Of a DNA stretch of 64,000 nt, positions 58,731 through 64,000 are shown piece after piece (positions within the stretch are counted from its first letter, which is position 1; each line of letters opens with the position of its first letter). The DNA is taken from positions 7,667 to 71,666 of the forward strand of contig JAWODQ010000096.1 in the NCBI GenBank assembly GCA_046483165.1. Reading direction: 5' to 3'. The notes under the pieces were generated by a model. The model saw only the letters and a list, made by a program, of their open reading frames with translations. It searched no databases and was not told the DNA's origin. The stretch comes from Bacillota bacterium (GTDB lineage Bacteria; Bacillota; Sulfobacillia; SLMV01). Position numbers and translations under genes: made by a program.

Positions 58731-59470
58731 TGTCAAACGTCGGCTACGTGGTCGAGGGAGTGGTCCTGGCCAGCAAGCCCCTGGGGGAAAAGGATCGGTT
58801 GATTACCCTCATGACCTCCACTCGCGGTCTCGTACGCGTCTCGGCCCGGGGAGGGAGGAGCACCGGCAGTAAACTGGCCGCATTGGTGCTGCCTTTCTCG
58901 CGAGTCGAGTTGCAGCTTTGGCACGGAAGATCCCTGGACGGCATCCGCGGAGGCGAAGTACTCGACTCCCATCGCCCTCTCCGAGAAGATCCCGAAAAGA
59001 TAGCTCACGCCTATTGCGTGGCCGAGATTGCCGCCTCGCTGGCTCAGGAAGGTGAAAGCGACCGACCTCTGTATCTCTTGGTGGCCACCACCCTCACCCT
59101 GATCGCGCGCGCGAATCCGGATCTGGCCCTGGCATTCTATTGTGTTCGCGCCGTAGGGGTCGCGGGGTTTTTCCCCCTTGTCGAGAATTGCGCGAATTGC
59201 GGACGCGACGCAGATGGCGGCTTTTTGTCCTTCGGGGCCGGTGAACTGACCTGTACCGAATGCCCACGTCGGCCCGGCGCCGGCGCCGAGGTGTCGGCCG
59301 ATTTGGTGCACACGATATTGCAGCTTCGCGACGTTCATCCACGAGAACTACCGCGATGGGAGGTCGACCCGGGTCAGTTGAGACGGGTTAGGGAACTGAT
59401 GCTCGACTACCTCGAGTATCACCTCGGTCGCGCGGTGAATTCGCGACGTTTTATCGATATACTAGCTTAG
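58727..59470 (+). CDS. recO: DNA repair protein RecO
   Basis: N-terminal OB fold, and a Cys4 zinc motif (CANCGR...CTEC). ATGA overlap with era. Confidence 0.85.
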   Translation: MMSNVGYVVEGVVLASKPLGEKDRLITLMTSTRGLVRVSARGGRSTGSKLAALVLPFSRVELQLWHGRSLDGIRGGEVLDSHRPLREDPEKIAHAYCVAEIAASLAQEGESDRPLYLLVATTLTLIARANPDLALAFYCVRAVGVAGFFPLVENCANCGRDADGGFLSFGAGELTCTECPRRPGAGAEVSADLVHTILQLRDVHPRELPRWEVDPGQLRRVRELMLDYLEYHLGRAVNSRRFIDILA

Positions 59471-59511
59471 GCCCCCGGGGGCCAACGTAATTGCCGAAGG
59501 AGGGCGCTGGG

Positions 59512-59961
59512 ATGGACGATCTGGAAAAAGTTGATGAGATACGAAGGAGAACTGGAGCCAGCTATCGCGAGGCCAAAGAGGCTTTGAAACGGGCCGAAGG
59601 CGACCTGCTGGAAGCCCTGATTGATCTGGAGGAGAGTAGGGAGAGGGATCGCTGGGCGGAGAGAATCCATGTCAGCGGTAGCGAGTTGGTGGACAAGGTT
59701 CGAGACCTGATCCACGAGGGCAACGTAAGGCGAGTTAAGGTGCGACACGACGGGCGCACCCTGTTGGAGTTTCCGGTTACCGTCGGCGCTTTGGGCGCGT
59801 TGTTCCTTCCCACTCTCGCCGCCCTCGGTGCCATCGCCGCCATGGTGACAGAGTGCACTGTGATAGTCGAGCGTGGTCCCGAGAGCGAATCGGGCGAAGA
59901 AGGAAACGGGAAACGGGAAGGTGCCGGGGAGCGCCTCGCCTCCGAGGACGACGAACTCTGA
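59512..59961 (+). CDS. DUF4342-like protein (N-terminal UBA-like helix bundle, hydrophobic beta-rich C-terminus)
   Basis: MDDLEKVDEIRRRTGASYREAKEALKRAEGDLLEALIDLEE then ...VKVRHDGRTLLEFPVTVGALGALFLPTLAALGAIAAMV. SD GAAGGAGGG. Confidence 0.6.
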   Translation: MDDLEKVDEIRRRTGASYREAKEALKRAEGDLLEALIDLEESRERDRWAERIHVSGSELVDKVRDLIHEGNVRRVKVRHDGRTLLEFPVTVGALGALFLPTLAALGAIAAMVTECTVIVERGPESESGEEGNGKREGAGERLASEDDEL

Positions 59962-60033
59962 GGGACGACGCGGGAACCGCAAACCGGGCTTTGAATCCGA
60001 ATAATCGATACTCAGTCGAAGGGTGATATCTCC

Positions 60034-60924
60034 ATGCACGTGACCTTTCAGGATGCCATCCTGAAACTCAACGAATTCTGGCGCGACCGCGGTTGCCTTC
60101 TGGAGCAACCATACGACATCGAGAAGGGAGCGGGGACCATGCACCCGACCACCTTTTTCCGGTCGTTGGGTCCCGAACCCTGGGCGGTTGCCTATACCGA
60201 GCCCTCGCGCCGACCGGTCGACGGTCGCTACGGGGAGAATCCCGTGCGCCTATACCGCCACTGGCAGTACCAGGTAATAATGAAGCCCTCACCCGAGGAC
60301 ATCCAGGAGATTTACCTCGAAAGCCTCGGAGCCCTGGGAATAGACTTTTCCCGCCACGACGTCCGCTTCGTCGAGGATAACTGGGAGGCACCCACCCTCG
60401 GAGCCTGGGGGCTTGGCTGGGAGGTATGGATCGACGCGATGGAGGTCACGCAGTTTACCTTCTTTCAGCAGATGGGGGGCATGGAGCTTTCGCCCATTGC
60501 CGTCGAGTTGACCTACGGATTGGAGCGGTTATCCAGCTTCCTGCAGGGCGTGGACGACGTCTTCGACCTCGATTGGAACGGATCCGTCGATTACGGCGAG
60601 GTTTTCCGCAGGGCCGAATACGAACATTCAAAATACTCTTTCGAGGTGGCGAACGTGGAGTTCCTTTTCGACGCTTTCGGCGCCTACGAACGCGAGGCGG
60701 AACGCTGCCTCGAGGAAGATCTGGTGCTTCCGGCCTACGATTATGCCCTGAAGTGTTCTCACGTATTCAACCTACTGGACAGTCGGGGGGCTTTGAGCGT
60801 AACCGAGAGGACCGGTTACATGGGACGCGTCAGGAATCTCGCCCGTCGATGTGCCCGGGCGTTCATGAAGCAAAGGGAAAGCGCCGGATTTCCCCTTGTC
60901 AAAGGCAAAGGGGAGGTGGGCTGA
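60034..60924 (+). CDS. glyQ: Glycine--tRNA ligase alpha subunit
   Basis: [12 protein letters not shown]...GAGTMHP...WGLGWEVW is a near-invariant GlyQ sequence. Confidence 0.95.
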   Translation: MHVTFQDAILKLNEFWRDRGCLLEQPYDIEKGAGTMHPTTFFRSLGPEPWAVAYTEPSRRPVDGRYGENPVRLYRHWQYQVIMKPSPEDIQEIYLESLGALGIDFSRHDVRFVEDNWEAPTLGAWGLGWEVWIDAMEVTQFTFFQQMGGMELSPIAVELTYGLERLSSFLQGVDDVFDLDWNGSVDYGEVFRRAEYEHSKYSFEVANVEFLFDAFGAYEREAERCLEEDLVLPAYDYALKCSHVFNLLDSRGALSVTERTGYMGRVRNLARRCARAFMKQRESAGFPLVKGKGEVG

Positions 60925-60927
60925 TCC

Positions 60928-62994
60928 GTGGGTGAACAGGTGAGAGACGCCGTATTCGAAATTGGAACCGCCGAGATCCCGGCAGCCTATATGCCCGATG
61001 CCATGGAGCAGATGAAATCTATCCTCGAGGAGTCTCTGCGGGAGGGCGCCCTGGATGTGACAGATGTCACGATATGGGCGACTCCGCGTCGGCTCGTCGC
61101 CTATCTGCGTTCGGTGCCCCCGCGGGGCAGAGAGACCTCGGAGGAGGTGCGAGGGCCTTCCGAATCCGTGGCATTTACCGACGAGGAGCCCACCCGGGCC
61201 GCCCGGGGTTTCGCCCGCTCCCAGGGAGTGAATGTGGAGGAATTGGTAGTTCGAGATGATGAGAAGGGTCGTTACGTCTACGCGCAGAAGACGGACCCCG
61301 GAAGGGACTCCGGGGAAATCCTCTCCGAGACTTTCTCCGGCGTGCCGAACTCGCTGAACTTTCCGAGAACCATGCGCTGGGGGAGCGGTGAGCACTCTTT
61401 CGTGCGTCCTATCCGCTGGATAGTCGCTCTTTTGGGTGACAATATCATCCCCCTCGAGGTGGCCGGTATCGAATCGGATCGGATGACCGGTGGGCCGCGT
61501 TTTTGCCCCACCCTCATCGAGATAGCCCGCGCCGAGAGCTACCCAGCGGCCCTCGAAGATGCGGGAATAGTCCTAGATCCCGCGATGCGCCGCCAATCAA
61601 TCGTGGAGTCCGGGCGCGCTTTGGCCGAAGAGATAGGAGCCGAACCGGTTATGCCGGAAGAACTCCTGGAGGAAGTATCCCATCTTGTGGAACGGCCCGC
61701 GGTGCTTATGGGCAGCATACCCGAAGAATTCATGGAGGTTCCCCGGGTGGTAGTCGAGACCGCCATGATGCAGCATCTACGATTCTTCCCGGTGGAAGAC
61801 TCAGAGGGGAGACTGGTCCCGAGTTTTCTCTCCGTGATCAACGGAACCGAGGACATGATTCCGACGGTCCGGCCCGGGAATGAGCTGGTGCTCAACTCGC
61901 GCCTGGCCGACGCTCGCTTCTTCTGGGAGGAGGACGCCAAGAGATCCCTGGAGGATTACGCGACGGAGCTGGATTCCGTGGTCTTCCACGAGGGTTTGGG
62001 TAGTTTGGCCGACCGCACCCATCGGATGAGCCGGATGGCCGAAGCTTTCGCCGAGGCGGGTTTTTTGGAGGAAGAAGAGCGAGGGCAACTTCTGCGCTCG
62101 GTGGCGCTGGCCAAGGCCGACCTCGTCACGTTGATGGTAAATGAATTCCCGGATCTCCAGGGGCTGATGGGTGAAGAGTATGCCCGTCTCTGGGGAGAAC
62201 CGGAACCAGTATGCCGCGCCATCGGAGAACAATACCTGCCGGCCGGATCGGGCGACGATCTCCCCGACACCCGGTTGGGCCTTTGGCTGGCGCTTATAGA
62301 TAAGATCGATCACCTGGTCGGCGGTTTCCGCGAGTCGCTCGTGGGTAGCGGTTCCGAGGATCCGTACGGCATGAGGAGAACGGCGACGGGTATCGTGCGC
62401 ATCCTGGGCCAGATGAGAGGCGTCGCCGTAAGCGACGTCCTGCCGCCGGCGCTGAAGGTCCACGGGTGCAGCGGGGACGAGCCGCTACGGCGGGAAATCA
62501 AGGAGTATCTCACGCGAAGACTGGCCCGCATACTGGACGAGACCGGGTTCCGGCCCGAGGTCGTCTCCGCGGTTCTCGCCCGGGATTGGGATCTAGTACC
62601 GGACGTGTGGAGCCGCGTCCGTGCCGTCTCGGATTTCCTGCGACGGCCTGAATCGGAAGATCTTCTGGTGGCCTGGCGGCGTTGTCGCAATCTGGCCGCG
62701 GAGGCGGAACCGATAGAGACCCTGGATCCCGAAGAATTCGAGGCCGAAGAGGGGAGACGTCTGGCCAGTTCCCTGCGGGAGTTCGAAAGGGAGGCACTAC
62801 CTCTTCTGGAATCCGGAGAATACGGGGAAGTCTTCCGGCTTGGAACTCGATTGCGTCGGCCGGTGGACGAGTTCCTCGATTCGGTGATGGTCATGGTCCC
62901 CGATGAACGGGTAAAGGGTATGAGATTGGGGCTCTTGGCGAGAATAGATCGCCTGCTTTCTTCGATGGCGGAATGGAGTGAGATCCCCGGATGA
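60928..62994 (+). CDS. glyS: Glycine--tRNA ligase beta subunit
   Basis: 688 aa. GTG start after GGAGGTGGG. GlyS architecture throughout. Confidence 0.9.
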   Translation: MGEQVRDAVFEIGTAEIPAAYMPDAMEQMKSILEESLREGALDVTDVTIWATPRRLVAYLRSVPPRGRETSEEVRGPSESVAFTDEEPTRAARGFARSQGVNVEELVVRDDEKGRYVYAQKTDPGRDSGEILSETFSGVPNSLNFPRTMRWGSGEHSFVRPIRWIVALLGDNIIPLEVAGIESDRMTGGPRFCPTLIEIARAESYPAALEDAGIVLDPAMRRQSIVESGRALAEEIGAEPVMPEELLEEVSHLVERPAVLMGSIPEEFMEVPRVVVETAMMQHLRFFPVEDSEGRLVPSFLSVINGTEDMIPTVRPGNELVLNSRLADARFFWEEDAKRSLEDYATELDSVVFHEGLGSLADRTHRMSRMAEAFAEAGFLEEEERGQLLRSVALAKADLVTLMVNEFPDLQGLMGEEYARLWGEPEPVCRAIGEQYLPAGSGDDLPDTRLGLWLALIDKIDHLVGGFRESLVGSGSEDPYGMRRTATGIVRILGQMRGVAVSDVLPPALKVHGCSGDEPLRREIKEYLTRRLARILDETGFRPEVVSAVLARDWDLVPDVWSRVRAVSDFLRRPESEDLLVAWRRCRNLAAEAEPIETLDPEEFEAEEGRRLASSLREFEREALPLLESGEYGEVFRLGTRLRRPVDEFLDSVMVMVPDERVKGMRLGLLARIDRLLSSMAEWSEIPG

Positions 62995-63830
62995 TGGACT
63001 CGACCCCGAAGGAAGGCTACGTGTACGTCGTCTCCGACTCCGTGGGAGACACCGCGGAGTCCGTCGCGCGGGCCGCAATCAGTCAGTTTCAGGCCAACTC
63101 CGACCCTAGAATCATCCGGCGCATTCCCTTCGTTAACTCGCGAGACAGGGTCGAGGAGGCGGTGCGTCAGGTGGTACGCGAGGGCGGTGGGTTGATAATC
63201 TATACCCTGGTGGTACCGGAAATTCGAGCCTACATGGACGAGGTCTCGGCCCGGGCGGGGATCGATACCGTGGATCTAATGGGGCCGGTAATGAATTCGA
63301 TGGAGAAGCTCCTGGGAAGAAAACCCCGTCAGGAGCCCGGCATAATTCATAGGATGGACGAACAGTATTTCCGTCGCGTGGCCGCCGTCGAGTTTGCCGT
63401 CAAGTACGATGATGGCAAAGATCCGCGCGGGTTCTTGCTGGCGGACGTGATTTTGGTCGGGGTATCGCGGACGTCTAAGACGCCGGTGTGTATGTATTTG
63501 GCCCACCGGGAAAAGCGCGCGGCCAACTATCCGCTGACCCCGGAGATAACGCCTCCCCGGGAATTGTACCTGGCCCGGGATCGCATAATCGGTCTCACCA
63601 TTTCTGCCGAACAGCTTCAGGAAATCCGACGAGAGCGCATTCGGCGCCTCGGGCTCAAGGCGAATTCGGCGTACGACGATCCTAGAAGGATTCGCGAGGA
63701 GCTGGCCTTCGCCCGGGAAATCTTCTCCGAGCTGGAGTGTCCGGTCATCGATGTAACACACAAGGCCGTCGAAGAGACGGCGACGACGGTGCTCGAGATG
63801 ATGAGGAAGGGAGAGTGGAGTCGTGGGTGA
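62991..63830 (+). CDS. Pyruvate, phosphate dikinase regulatory protein (bifunctional kinase/pyrophosphorylase, DUF299/YqfL)
   Basis: [13 protein letters not shown]...[12 protein letters not shown] (P-loop) matches PDRP. Confidence 0.85.
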   Translation: MMDSTPKEGYVYVVSDSVGDTAESVARAAISQFQANSDPRIIRRIPFVNSRDRVEEAVRQVVREGGGLIIYTLVVPEIRAYMDEVSARAGIDTVDLMGPVMNSMEKLLGRKPRQEPGIIHRMDEQYFRRVAAVEFAVKYDDGKDPRGFLLADVILVGVSRTSKTPVCMYLAHREKRAANYPLTPEITPPRELYLARDRIIGLTISAEQLQEIRRERIRRLGLKANSAYDDPRRIREELAFAREIFSELECPVIDVTHKAVEETATTVLEMMRKGEWSRG

Positions 63831-64000
63831 GGATACGGCCCGCAGCCGGTACATATACCGTTTCGAAGATGGCTCGCGCGATATGAAGGACTTGCTCGGG
63901 GGGAAAGGTGCCAATCTGGCGGAAATGACGAGCATGGGACTTCCCGTGCCTCCGGGGTTTACCATCACCACCCGGGCTGCGGTGAAATACCGGGAACTCG
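63823..64000 (+). CDS. ppdK: Pyruvate, phosphate dikinase, N-terminal fragment (runs off the window end)
   Basis: GTG start overlapping the upstream stop. ...[39 protein letters not shown] is the PPDK N-terminus. Confidence 0.75.
   Translation, partial: MGEDTARSRYIYRFEDGSRDMKDLLGGKGANLAEMTSMGLPVPPGFTITTRAAVKYREL

Overview
High-GC (~60%) bacterial chromosomal segment with Firmicutes-like gene order: hrcA-grpE-dnaK-dnaJ-prmA-mtaB, then ddl-nfeD-floA-phoH-pgpH-ybeY-era-recO-glyQS-yqfL-ppdK, and a comEC-holA-rpsT block. An SLH-domain cell-surface protein and an [FeFe]-hydrogenase cluster point to an anaerobic, S-layer-bearing Firmicute.

The left ~11 kb looks accessory and partly decayed. It holds a lone glycine-betaine-type binding protein, a ~1.7 kb AT-richer stretch without convincing genes, an HD-GYP pseudogene, and a frameshifted mbfA-like gene. 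It also carries two C_GCAxxG_C_C redox-domain proteins, one of them membrane-anchored and fused to an FMN-binding domain.

The most unusual locus is a ~9 kb operon at 27.9-37.0 kb. It encodes a trimeric, probably electron-bifurcating, [FeFe] hydrogenase (NuoE-like, NuoF-like, HydA). A HydS-type sensory hydrogenase domain fused directly to a histidine kinase follows, then a stand-alone receiver and a hybrid REC-PAS histidine kinase. I read this as a putative H2-sensing phosphorelay. Tandem Rex-like operators lie upstream. The whole block sits between comEA and comEC.

The heat-shock block carries textbook CIRCE operators in front of hrcA and in front of an hsp20 gene elsewhere in the window.

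All calls rest on reading the translated ORFs and the DNA by eye. No database searches were run.
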